A stretch of 64,000 nucleotides of DNA, from contig CAZYSM010000003.1 in the NCBI GenBank assembly GCA_964649975.1, positions 16,292 through 80,291 on the forward strand, in the 5' to 3' direction. The number at the start of each line of letters is the position of its first letter. Position 1 is the first letter of the stretch. The position numbers were made by a program, and so were the translations under genes. The notes beneath the pieces were generated by a model. The model made no database searches. It had not been told where the DNA came from and worked only from the letters and a program-made list of their open reading frames with translations. Of the stretch, positions 19,301-27,665 are shown piece by piece. Source of the stretch: an uncultured Bacteroidales bacterium (lineage in GTDB: Bacteria; Bacteroidota; Bacteroidia; Bacteroidales; S143-33).

Positions 19301-21085
19301 AATACTCATAATGTCAGCTGCTATCTGGACCTGAATACAAAAGTGGGAACCTTTGTTTCAAATGATGTGGAAAACTACATTGCTTTCCCCAAAAACAGGT
19401 ATATAGTTTACTCTGACCATTTCCAGTGGATGATTAACCGTGGATTAATAGACATAGGAGGATCGCTTGATGACCCCAAATACATAGTGGTAAGCACTCC
19501 TGATCAGCGCGATTCCCTCATTCAGTTGGGACGGACTGACGAAAAATATATCCGTGTGAGTGGGGCAAAGCTGGTATCAATGAAAAAGAAAAATCCGGTT
19601 AATTTCCAGGCTTCGCGTACTACTTACGCACCACGCAACGGCTTGCTTATAGCTTATGATGTTCCGTATCTGGAGATTGCCGATGCCCGCATCTATTCCT
19701 CACAACCTATTGTGATTCTGCCTGGTGGAGAAATAGACTCACTACGAAATGCCCGGATAGTAGCCGGGAAATATGATCATAAAATTGTGGATGCCAAAGT
19801 AAAAGTAAAAGATAAAAAATCATATTCCGGAATGGGATATTACATTTACCCGGAAAACCAACGCATTTTCTTTGATGCCATCACCACTGTAGATACCATT
19901 ACTTATGCTTATGCGGATTTGACAGACGATAAGACAATAAAACTAAACGATTATTTTACTTTTCGTGGAGGCCCAACCACTACAGATGTCTTGCTCAAAG
20001 GCAATGAACGATTTTTACAATTCAATGGTTATGTCCGGATAAATAACGAGTGCGAACAAATAAGCCCGCGTGAATTTGTTGTCAACAGCCAGATTAATCC
20101 GGATAGTGTTATGATACCTGTAGATATTCCTATCCAGGGTAAAATGAGCCGTTTGTATGCAGCTCCGGTAGTTCATAAAATTGATTTGACACGCTATAGA
20201 ATGTACAACACTTTCCTGACACGTATCCCGGACAATACCGACAGAATTCTAATGACCACCAAAGGCTATATAACATACAGTCCTTCAAAGGCTTATTATC
20301 TCATAGGCCCTATGGATAAAGTAATCAATCCTGATACCACCCTGCCAATGGTTGCCTTTGACTATAAACGTTGTCTGATTTTTGCTGATAATAAAATTGA
20401 TTTGCATATTGACTACGGAGACATACTCAAATACAAACTCTTTGGCCGTTACAGGGCTTATCTGAATGATGGAAAAAATGAATTTTACTCAACAGTGGTA
20501 TCACTTGATTTTCCGTTTCCTTCAAAAGTATTTGACTATATACGCAAGGATGTGTCAAACTCCGACAGTCTCCCATTTGTTTACTTTGACGAAAACAAAA
20601 ATCTTGCCCGGTCAATACTGCTGGCAACACAGAATCCTAAGGAAGCTGAGGATTTCAAAGAAACAGGGGCCTTACCAAAGGAATTGGATGGAAATATGGT
20701 TCTGGGAGATGTAAAATTAATCTGGGACCCAAACCGGGCGTCTTTCCGGACACCAGCTGATGACAATCGTATTGCCCTGCTATCACTTGACGGAAAAGAC
20801 CTGGGCGTTTACATCAATGGATATGTGGAATTCAGATATAAACGAAATGGAATAAGCCGCATACTTATGTATCTGGAAATTGAACCTGGAGTATGGTACT
20901 TTTTCTGGTACCAATACAAAGGCAAAAATGGTACAATGAGAGTGGCTTCCTATAATAACAAAGCAGAAAAATATATCAGCCAGCTTAGCAAAAAACAACG
21001 TACCCTGGCCAAACACTATACCATTGGAACAGCCGAAGAAGATGAACTTCGTCGTTTTCTGGCACTTTACGGGAAAAAACTTTAA
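16358..21085 (+). CDS. Very large secreted hypothetical protein (1575 aa)
   Basis: Uninterrupted 4.7-kb ORF with signal peptide MKKISFFLALIFISFSLNAQ. Y/F/N/K/D-rich. I recognise no domain, repeat, T9SS C-terminal domain or lipobox. Confidence 0.8.
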   Translation: MKKISFFLALIFISFSLNAQYFTDSLFTKQITEFLKPAINSPENEQILQRFLAYWQADLSSYHSDLLDVLNSMKEKHITRKYFILYLDDINLLTEAGKLSMIPLWNKLLYAKTSERTDKNVRQWISYLNNLLHYDRISPANDLGIIIDGDYDFSLKKDGNFSFRIISGADVKLFLGKDTVTIRNTSGTYNTANRLWQGQGGIVYWDKFKDIGQKAYARINGSYKFSSQNKSFTINNVAFSANYRLLNINNLQGKLLLHFSYTPDEQKRNPAFISAQEEYKIPQLLPKTSFTGKIKVEGRKIILSGEMDFYLKDSVLIKSVSDKFVVTPRQIRSYNTSMKLLLADDLYIWHPSTNMYLLYDSALIEHSYPYLAQKALSYSPPRILSFIRTSSMAGRQPFHDDYHKINAYTAEMVWTFDNKAYFVNTMNYLEDTAYFVPYSYYSPDILQDFYDVAGNNYAKLLYQYLRHKHFPESVRLNAFTNYLLRLKIRTSQKAVMSYWQKMEEKGWIRIHYAEKYQNVYAYKINPQFYHIVKASLRSHFRRDTIKLKKYTDDFDVIKIYSLARIDTSAIFKSFNNLATNALGINARVDVGTKTLKIFYPKPFYVSRVRQIKIYTDTLVFYKDFDFKFNGKIEAGLLTMQGKDFMYKNDSFKIKLGMVNTMSMKFYKPVDSTIINTLVTENGDTLYVYRYSYKLNESVSKMHNFTGVLTIDKMNNHSGLLAKEDDGYPSLQTFSNSMIFYPKAPVDSLNFYFKNYPFTLKNLTFITPDKLVMTGLFHSSILADMDSVKLSIQEDNSLGFKKVDTTEGFKIFGAASLVGMMQLNSMGLQARAYLKFLSTYAWGVFNLYPDTLKGTADTLIMYPVDRNTMVAQNYPHQYPNLVARDKTDILLYDNKDSTQTMIIKQIGDKPIDMYPNFLKDDQKGVLDSAQVELGYNGVNASGVMVFADARISGKDFKMNYDNFLSDSCSFEMRDSTFSQTLFNTHNVSCYLDLNTKVGTFVSNDVENYIAFPKNRYIVYSDHFQWMINRGLIDIGGSLDDPKYIVVSTPDQRDSLIQLGRTDEKYIRVSGAKLVSMKKKNPVNFQASRTTYAPRNGLLIAYDVPYLEIADARIYSSQPIVILPGGEIDSLRNARIVAGKYDHKIVDAKVKVKDKKSYSGMGYYIYPENQRIFFDAITTVDTITYAYADLTDDKTIKLNDYFTFRGGPTTTDVLLKGNERFLQFNGYVRINNECEQISPREFVVNSQINPDSVMIPVDIPIQGKMSRLYAAPVVHKIDLTRYRMYNTFLTRIPDNTDRILMTTKGYITYSPSKAYYLIGPMDKVINPDTTLPMVAFDYKRCLIFADNKIDLHIDYGDILKYKLFGRYRAYLNDGKNEFYSTVVSLDFPFPSKVFDYIRKDVSNSDSLPFVYFDENKNLARSILLATQNPKEAEDFKETGALPKELDGNMVLGDVKLIWDPNRASFRTPADDNRIALLSLDGKDLGVYINGYVEFRYKRNGISRILMYLEIEPGVWYFFWYQYKGKNGTMRVASYNNKAEKYISQLSKKQRTLAKHYTIGTAEEDELRRFLALYGKKL

Positions 21086-21097
21086 AACTATCTATCA

Positions 21098-21790
21098 ATG
21101 GAACTGTTTTATGCACCTGAGATAAAAAAAATTACCACATTGGCACAGGACGAATCCAGGCATTGCACAAAAGTTCTGCGCCACCGTAAAGGAGATATTA
21201 TAAACCTCATTGACGGCAAAGGGTCTATGTATGAAGCTGTTATCCTTGATGCAGACCCCAGATCAACAGTAGTGGAAATACAGAAAGAGCACAAAGACTA
21301 TGGCAAAGTACCTTATAATCTGACTATTGCATTACCACCTCTCAAAAACACAGCGCGTTATGAATGGTTTGTGGAAAAAGCCACAGAAATAGGAATAACA
21401 CGTATTATCCCGATTATTACCAAATACACTGAACGCACTTCGGTAAAACATGAGCGAATACAGAAGATCCTAATTTCCGCAGCCAAACAATCTTTGCATG
21501 CACGAATACCGGATTTTGATGAAATAATGGATTTTGACCGTGTATTATCTTTGCCTTATGAACAAAAATTAATAGCCTTGTGCAATGCTGACAGGCCATT
21601 AACGGAAATTTATCAAAAAGACAAAAATACTCTGGTAATGATAGGACCAGAAGGAGGATTCGCCAAAGAGGAGATTAACAAAGCTTTAGAGAATGGTTTT
21701 GTTCCTGTAAAAATTGGATCATCACGGCTAAGAGCCGAAACTGCTGGCATAGTAATTGCCTCGGTAATATGTAATTTAAATTTATTTTAA
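21098..21790 (+). CDS. rsmE: 16S rRNA (uracil1498-N3)-methyltransferase RsmE
   Basis: MELFYAP.. start, a PUA-like N-terminus, and a C-terminal MIGPEGGFAKEE ... LRAETAG SPOUT-knot motif. Confidence 0.85.
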   Translation: MELFYAPEIKKITTLAQDESRHCTKVLRHRKGDIINLIDGKGSMYEAVILDADPRSTVVEIQKEHKDYGKVPYNLTIALPPLKNTARYEWFVEKATEIGITRIIPIITKYTERTSVKHERIQKILISAAKQSLHARIPDFDEIMDFDRVLSLPYEQKLIALCNADRPLTEIYQKDKNTLVMIGPEGGFAKEEINKALENGFVPVKIGSSRLRAETAGIVIASVICNLNLF

Positions 21791-21849
21791 AGAAAATTTT
21801 TTCTATTTTAGCAAAAGAGTAAAAAGACGTGTCGTAAACTCTACTTAAA

Positions 21850-22248
21850 ATGAAAGGAAAAGATTTATTCGTATATTTATCCACTACAAAAACTCCAGAA
21901 ATCAGACTTTCACAGGATATTAATGACGATTCATTGTATATTTTGAGTATTAAAGGACGAAGCATTCCTGAAAACCCTCTGGAATTTTTCACACCAATTA
22001 TTGACAAATTACTCTCACGCATCCCTGACGATAGCGGTGTAAATAAGATAATTATAGACTTAAAATTAGACTATATCAATTCCATCTCAATAAAATTTTT
22101 TATTAAAATACTCAAACGTATAAGCGAACATTTTAAGGCTGAAAACATTGTTATTAATTGGTATTACGAAGACGAAGACATTTACGACCTGGGTAAGGAT
22201 CTGGAATTTATGACTGGATTGAATTTTAATTTTGTAGAAGTGGATTAA
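21850..22248 (+). CDS. Stand-alone DUF1987 / SiaC-like regulatory phosphoprotein
   Basis: TPEIRL..L.I.G.SIPENPLEFFTPIIDKL..IIIDLKLDYINSISIKFF..VINWYYEDEDIYDLGKDLEFMTGLNFNFVEV matches the DUF1987 pattern. Confidence 0.75.
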   Translation: MKGKDLFVYLSTTKTPEIRLSQDINDDSLYILSIKGRSIPENPLEFFTPIIDKLLSRIPDDSGVNKIIIDLKLDYINSISIKFFIKILKRISEHFKAENIVINWYYEDEDIYDLGKDLEFMTGLNFNFVEVD

Positions 22249-22286
22249 AAAAACCGAGCCACCCTCCGGGCAGCTCGGTTTTTTGT
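22247..22286. terminator. Bidirectional terminator between convergent genes
   Basis: aaaaaaccgagc..(loop)..gctcggttttttgttttt: a stem flanked by an A-run and a T-run. Confidence 0.7.
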
Positions 22287-22288
22287 TT

Positions 22289-24451
22289 TTATTCCCCGGC
22301 TTTTTCAGCCAATTCTATGCTCACTCTGGGTTTCACACCCAGATTCCAGTATGCAAAGCTGTACATATCAGCCCATTGATCAAGGATTTTTTCTGTAGGC
22401 GTGCCAGCACCATGACCAGCTTTGGTCTCTATGCGTATAAGCAGAGGATTGGGATTGTTCTTGCATTTATCCTGAAGCGTCGCAATATACTTAAACGAAT
22501 GGGCTGGTACCACGCGGTCGTCATGGTCAGCTGTCATCACCATAATTGCTGGATACACCCGCCCGGAATCGCAGCGGATATTATGCAACGGAGAATAGCT
22601 GTAAATATATTCAAACATTTTCTTGCTTTCGGTAGGAAGCCCGTAATCCGAAGCCCATGCACGACCAATGGTAAACTTATAATAACGCAACATATCCATT
22701 ACCCCTACCTGCGGAAAAGCTACTTTGAACAGGTCGGGACGCATATTAACAACAGCACCAATTAACAGTCCTCCGTTTGAACCGCCCTGAATGACAAGAT
22801 AATCCGGACTGGTATATTTTTCCTTAATGAGATACTCGGCAGCTGCTATAAAGTCGCGGAAAACATTTTTCTTATGGAGTTTTGTACCAGCCAGATGCCA
22901 TTTTTCGCCATATTCACCGCCTCCGCGGATATTGGCAACAGCAAATACTCCACCATTTTCCAGCCACAACATCCGCACAGAGCTGAAATAAGGTGTCAGA
23001 CTGATATTAAATCCTCCGTATCCATATAACCATGTCGGATTTTTACCATTAAGCTTTATGCCTTTTTTGTAAACAATAAACATTGGCACTTTTGTTCCAT
23101 CAAAGCTGGTATAAAAGACCTCTTTTGTTTCATAATCATCAAGATTAATACCATTGATTTGAGGTTCCCAGTATTTTTCCAGTTTTCCGGAATTAATATC
23201 AAACTTGAAAATTGTTCCTGGATAAGTGTACGAAGTAAGAGTCACAAATCCGTAATCCAGATAAGGACTAACACTTAGACTTGCGGATCCTGGAGCCGGA
23301 AGCTGCAGGTCATAAAGTTTTTTACCGTCTTTATCCATTACCTCAATGTGAGAGACCACATCCTTGAGGAAAGAAGCAATAATTTTATCAGTATCGGCAA
23401 TTTGCACACCACTTAACACATAGTCACGTTCAGGTATTAAATCAATCCAGTTTACAGGTTCTGGACTATTGGGGTCAACAGCAATGAGCTTGTAATTTGG
23501 AGCATTAAAATTGGTTATGAACAAAAGTTTTCCATTGAAATGGTCCACAAAGTAAAAATCAAAATCAAAGTTCTTGTTTAACTGTATAAACTTAGCATCA
23601 GGCCTGGTCAAGTCCTTGAAATAGATACGATTTCCGCTTGTACCTTTCCACTCAGAAATTACAAGAAATTGCTCATCAGAGCTGACGCTTGCCCCAAAAC
23701 CGTTTTCGGGTTGACGCGGATTTTCAAAAATAAGCTTATCCTCACTCTGTGGTGTGCCCAGTTTGTGGTAATAGACTTTTTGATAGAGGTTTTTAGCAGT
23801 CAGCTCCTGCCCGGGTTTTGGTTCAGGGTAGCGACTATAGAAAAATCCGTCCTTATACCAGGATATTCCGGAAAATTTCACCCATTTAATATGGTCATCC
23901 AGGTCTTTTTTTGTAGCTATATCGCGCACAAAAATTTCCTGCCAGTCGGAACCAGCCCGGCTTATGGCATATCCCAGATATTTACCATCATTGGACACAG
24001 CAGTGGTACGCAGAGCCACAGTACCATCCTCAGAAAGCTTATTGGGGTCAAGCAATACTTCTGCTTGGCCATCCGGGCTATCCTGCACATAAAGCACTGA
24101 TTGATTTTGAAGCCCATTGTTGCGGTAAAAGAAAAACTTTCCGCCTTTATACCCCGGCGCAGAACGTCGCTCGTAATTATACAATTCTTTCAGGCGCTTG
24201 TAAAGGTCCTGACGATAAGGAATTTGTGACAGATACCTATGAGTAAGATTGTTCTCCTGATCAATCCATTTTTTCAGATCAGGAGAATTTTCATCCTCCA
24301 TCCAGCGATAAGGGTCTTTTACCACTATTCCGAAAAATGTACTTGAACTGTCTGTCTTTTTTGCAAAAGGATAAGTTAGTTTCATACTCTTATGATTTGT
24401 ACATGAAAACAACAGTAGAATTGCTGCAAAGGTAAATACAATTTTTTTCAT
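22289..24451 (-). CDS. Prolyl oligopeptidase (S9A prolyl endopeptidase)
   Basis: VVKDPYRWMEDENSPDLKKWIDQEN, catalytic GGSNGGLL, and ADHDDRV..H. Start set to MKKIVFTFAAILLLFSC (24451), which removes the overlap with the upstream gene. Confidence 0.9.
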   Translation of the reverse strand: MKKIVFTFAAILLLFSCTNHKSMKLTYPFAKKTDSSSTFFGIVVKDPYRWMEDENSPDLKKWIDQENNLTHRYLSQIPYRQDLYKRLKELYNYERRSAPGYKGGKFFFYRNNGLQNQSVLYVQDSPDGQAEVLLDPNKLSEDGTVALRTTAVSNDGKYLGYAISRAGSDWQEIFVRDIATKKDLDDHIKWVKFSGISWYKDGFFYSRYPEPKPGQELTAKNLYQKVYYHKLGTPQSEDKLIFENPRQPENGFGASVSSDEQFLVISEWKGTSGNRIYFKDLTRPDAKFIQLNKNFDFDFYFVDHFNGKLLFITNFNAPNYKLIAVDPNSPEPVNWIDLIPERDYVLSGVQIADTDKIIASFLKDVVSHIEVMDKDGKKLYDLQLPAPGSASLSVSPYLDYGFVTLTSYTYPGTIFKFDINSGKLEKYWEPQINGINLDDYETKEVFYTSFDGTKVPMFIVYKKGIKLNGKNPTWLYGYGGFNISLTPYFSSVRMLWLENGGVFAVANIRGGGEYGEKWHLAGTKLHKKNVFRDFIAAAEYLIKEKYTSPDYLVIQGGSNGGLLIGAVVNMRPDLFKVAFPQVGVMDMLRYYKFTIGRAWASDYGLPTESKKMFEYIYSYSPLHNIRCDSGRVYPAIMVMTADHDDRVVPAHSFKYIATLQDKCKNNPNPLLIRIETKAGHGAGTPTEKILDQWADMYSFAYWNLGVKPRVSIELAEKAGE

Positions 24452-24470
24452 AGCTATTTTATTTTGGAGT

Positions 24471-25019
24471 TTAGATAATTCCCAGTTTTTTCTTGTAAGC
24501 AATGATTTTTTCCAGTTCCTGGTCTTTATTAATAGCCAGACTATTTTTAACTATCTGGTCCATAAAATTTGAGAAAGTTTTTGTCATAGAAGTGTCTGCA
24601 TCAGGATTTTTGTCAAATCTGAGCAATAATCTAACTGCTTCAATAAAATCTTTTTCATAACGATCCATATCTCTGGCAATATGCAATAATTCGGCACCAA
24701 TACGCAGGTTGAATTCCTCATTAAGCATAACATTCATTGGTTCGGGAGCAAAAGATAACAATTCCACCAGATTGAGGTCAAGTGCATTAGCATCAATACT
24801 TTTTGCTATTTTATCCAGAATACGCATCTCCTGCTGGTCCACCTGCTTATCAGCAGATATTGCCAGAGCAGTAGGAATATAAGTCAGAAAAATAAATATC
24901 TGTGAATTGGACATTATAAAATCCCTCTCCTGCATATATCCCTGTAAATGCTGACGTATTAATGGAAAAAATTCCCTTACTTCATCTATGGCCTGTGGAG
25001 AAAGTTCAAAAGCTTGCAT
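24471..25019 (-). CDS. Hypothetical protein (182 aa, helical)
   Basis: Clean ORF with no recognised motifs. Confidence 0.55.
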   Translation of the reverse strand: MQAFELSPQAIDEVREFFPLIRQHLQGYMQERDFIMSNSQIFIFLTYIPTALAISADKQVDQQEMRILDKIAKSIDANALDLNLVELLSFAPEPMNVMLNEEFNLRIGAELLHIARDMDRYEKDFIEAVRLLLRFDKNPDADTSMTKTFSNFMDQIVKNSLAINKDQELEKIIAYKKKLGII

Positions 25020-25113
25020 GTTTACATAAATTTTAGTTTTGCATAAATTTAAAAAAATTCACTTGTTTTTTATGGGTTAAAAAAGTTAAAAAAGCATCTT
25101 TCAATTTTAAATA

Positions 25114-25435
25114 GCCACGAATGTACTAATGATTTTTTACCACAGTGTATCACAGAGTTTTTTCACGGAGTTTCACAGAAGTTATTATTCGTGTAATTAA
25201 TGGCTAATTTTAATGCCACGAATGCACGAATGAATTAAACACCACCAATGAACAAATACTCCTCCTTAGAAAAGGAGGCTGGGAGGATTGATAATGTCTA
25301 AGTGATTAAATCAAATGCCACCAATCCACGAATGATTATTTAACCACAGGGTAGCACAGAGTTTTTTCACGGAGGTTTTATTTGTGTTAATTAGTGTAAT
25401 TAGTGGCTAAAAAAATGCCACGAATACACAAATAC
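25114..25435. repeat. Cluster of intergenic repeats: two 91-bp hairpin-forming units plus three solo arms
   Basis: Unit 1 spans 25114-25204 and unit 2 spans 25317-25407. Both start gccac[gc]aat..a[ct][tg]aatga, share the core accacag.gta.cacagagttttttcacggag, and end in an imperfect inverted copy of the arm (..gtaatta[ag]tggc). Solo arms occur at 25215 (gccacgaatgcacgaatga), 25240 (caccaccaatgaacaaata) and 25417 (gccacgaatacacaaata). Confidence 0.7.
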
Positions 25436-25484
25436 TTTTTATCTTTCAATCAATGCCAGGATTTTAAGCCGTTAAAATTTTCTT

Positions 25485-25492
25485 TATTTTTG
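25485..25492 (+). promoter_or_regulatory. -7 promoter box TAnnTTTG (tatttttg) upstream of recG
   Basis: Exact motif match 24 nt upstream of the recG ATG. Confidence 0.4.
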
Positions 25493-25515
25493 CACTAAAC
25501 CCGCGGAAAATTATA

Positions 25516-27612
25516 ATGGACTGGAATACAGAAATAACCTATCTCAAAGGCGTTGGTCCCAAACGTGCCCAGCTGCTTAACAAAGAACTGGAAATATTCA
25601 CTATTAAGGACCTCCTTTACTATTTTCCGTATAAATATGTTGACCGGAGTAAGTTTTACAAAGCCTCAGAACTCACCACTAACAGCACCTATGTGCAGAT
25701 GAAAGGTAAAATATTAGGCATCAGTGAAGAAGGACAGGGTAACAAACGCCGGTTGATAGCCAAATTCTATGACGGAACAACAATAATAGACCTTGTTTGG
25801 TTCAAAGGAATAAAATGGATTAAGCAAAATATAAAAATAGGATCCCAATACGTTATTTTTGGCAAGCCTAATTTTTTCCGGGAAGGTATTTCCATTCCTC
25901 ATCCCGAGATGGAATTGCTTTCAAAATATGAAGCCCGTACCATCCGCGGCGGTTTGCAACCTTATTATTCCACTACCGAGAAACTTAAAAAAAACTTCAT
26001 CACTTCCCGCACTATCAGTGATCTGGTTTCCAGGGCACTGGAAACAGTAAACTATATCCCGGATTTCATGCCCGACTATCTCATAAAACGCCTGGGGCTG
26101 ATGCCCCTGCATGAGGCCCTGCGCAACATACATTTTCCACAGGACAACCACAACCTTAAACTGGCAGAATATCGCCTGAAATTTGATGAATTTTTCATTA
26201 ACCAGCTATCACTCATAAAACAGAAAAAACTCCGCACGGAAAAAGTTGCAGGATATGTTTTTGAACGAGTAGGCGACTATTTCATGAAATTTTACAACGA
26301 AAAACTGAACTTTGAACTGACCGGAGCACAAAAACGTGTGTTAAAAGAAATCCGTCGTGATTTCAAATCTGGCAAGCAAGCTAACCGTCTTTTACAAGGA
26401 GATGTTGGCAGCGGAAAAACTGTCGTTGCCCTGATGAGCATGCTTATTGCTCTGGATAACGGCTATCAGGCCTGCTTGATGGCTCCCACGGAAATTCTGG
26501 CTCAGCAGCATTATAAGACCTTTGTCAGTATGCTGGAAGGTATGGATATAAACATAAAGCTGCTGACAGGATCCACCAAACAGCGGGAACGCCGTATCAT
26601 CCATGAACAGCTGCGCAATGGACAGTTGCAAATCCTCATTGGCACACATGCCCTGATAGAGGACACTGTGCAATTCAAACGCCTGGGACTGGCAATCATA
26701 GATGAACAACACCGTTTCGGCGTGGCTCAACGTGCCAAACTCTGGAAAAAAGGACATATTCCGCCACACGTAATAGTGATGACTGCAACTCCTATTCCAC
26801 GTACCCTGGCAATGACGCTCTATGGCGATTTGGACGTTTCAATAATTGACGAGATGCCTCCCGGACGTAAACCTGTCAAGACAATACATATGCGAGAGCA
26901 TCAACGCCGCAAGCTGTATAATTTCATTCACCAACAAATTGCCAGAGGACGCCAGGTGTACATTGTCTATCCGCTGATAAAAGAATCCGAAAAGCTGGAT
27001 TACAAAAACCTGGAAGAAGGCTATCAACATATCCTTGCGGAATTTCCTCCGCCAAAATATCGTGTGGGCATGGTACACGGACAGATGCGACCTGAGGATA
27101 AAGATATGGAAATGGCACGCTTTGCCCGTGGCGAGACCCAAATTCTTGTAGCTACTACTGTTATAGAAGTTGGCGTGAACGTTCCCAATGCCACAGTAAT
27201 GGTCATAGAAAGTGCCGAACGTTTCGGGCTGTCGCAGCTGCACCAGTTGCGCGGACGCGTTGGTCGTGGTGCGGATCAATCTTACTGTATCCTTGTGACC
27301 AAAGATAAGCTGAGTAGCGAAGCTGCAAAGCGCATTCATACTATGGTACAAACCACGGATGGATTTAAAATTGCAGAAATAGACATGAAATTGCGTGGTC
27401 CTGGCGATATATTCGGCACTGCCCAGAGTGGTTTTCCTTTTCATTTCCGGATAGCCAACCTCTCACGAGACGGATCCATTCTGAGCCTTGCCCGATCTAT
27501 TGCCGAAGAGATATTAAAAGAGGACCCTGCTCTATCCCGTCCGGAACATACCTTACTCAGAAAAGAAGTAGCCAAAGAAATTAAACGTACGCCGTGGGGC
27601 TTGATTAGTTAA
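25516..27612 (+). CDS. recG: ATP-dependent DNA helicase RecG
   Basis: Wedge-domain N-terminus, Walker A GDVGSGKT, DEQHRFG, QLHQLRGRVGRG, 698 aa. Confidence 0.95.
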   Translation: MDWNTEITYLKGVGPKRAQLLNKELEIFTIKDLLYYFPYKYVDRSKFYKASELTTNSTYVQMKGKILGISEEGQGNKRRLIAKFYDGTTIIDLVWFKGIKWIKQNIKIGSQYVIFGKPNFFREGISIPHPEMELLSKYEARTIRGGLQPYYSTTEKLKKNFITSRTISDLVSRALETVNYIPDFMPDYLIKRLGLMPLHEALRNIHFPQDNHNLKLAEYRLKFDEFFINQLSLIKQKKLRTEKVAGYVFERVGDYFMKFYNEKLNFELTGAQKRVLKEIRRDFKSGKQANRLLQGDVGSGKTVVALMSMLIALDNGYQACLMAPTEILAQQHYKTFVSMLEGMDINIKLLTGSTKQRERRIIHEQLRNGQLQILIGTHALIEDTVQFKRLGLAIIDEQHRFGVAQRAKLWKKGHIPPHVIVMTATPIPRTLAMTLYGDLDVSIIDEMPPGRKPVKTIHMREHQRRKLYNFIHQQIARGRQVYIVYPLIKESEKLDYKNLEEGYQHILAEFPPPKYRVGMVHGQMRPEDKDMEMARFARGETQILVATTVIEVGVNVPNATVMVIESAERFGLSQLHQLRGRVGRGADQSYCILVTKDKLSSEAAKRIHTMVQTTDGFKIAEIDMKLRGPGDIFGTAQSGFPFHFRIANLSRDGSILSLARSIAEEILKEDPALSRPEHTLLRKEVAKEIKRTPWGLIS

Positions 27613-27650
27613 CAAAAAACGGGGCGTCTTTCAGACGCCCCGTTTTCTTT
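27613..27650. terminator. Bidirectional rho-independent terminator (recG / htrA convergent)
   Basis: aaaaaacggggcgtct ttca agacgccccgttttc: a perfect 12-bp stem with an A-run and a T-run. Confidence 0.85.
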
Positions 27651-27665
27651 CTTTCGCCAGACAAT

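Noticed and set aside
22283-24100. ORFs 22283-22765 (+) and 23669-24100 (+)
   Set aside because: They are antisense to the prolyl oligopeptidase gene, which has a complete catalytic-motif set. They have no motifs of their own.
25114-25435. CRISPR array or invertible promoter (inverton) at the recG upstream repeats
   Set aside because: The repeats are imperfect, have unequal spacing, and each unit is internally palindromic, so this does not follow the direct-repeat/spacer pattern of a CRISPR array. No cas genes or site-specific recombinase lie nearby, so neither a CRISPR array nor a classical inverton is supported.
26392-27444. ORFs 26392-26769 (-) and 26839-27444 (-)
   Set aside because: They are antisense shadows within recG.
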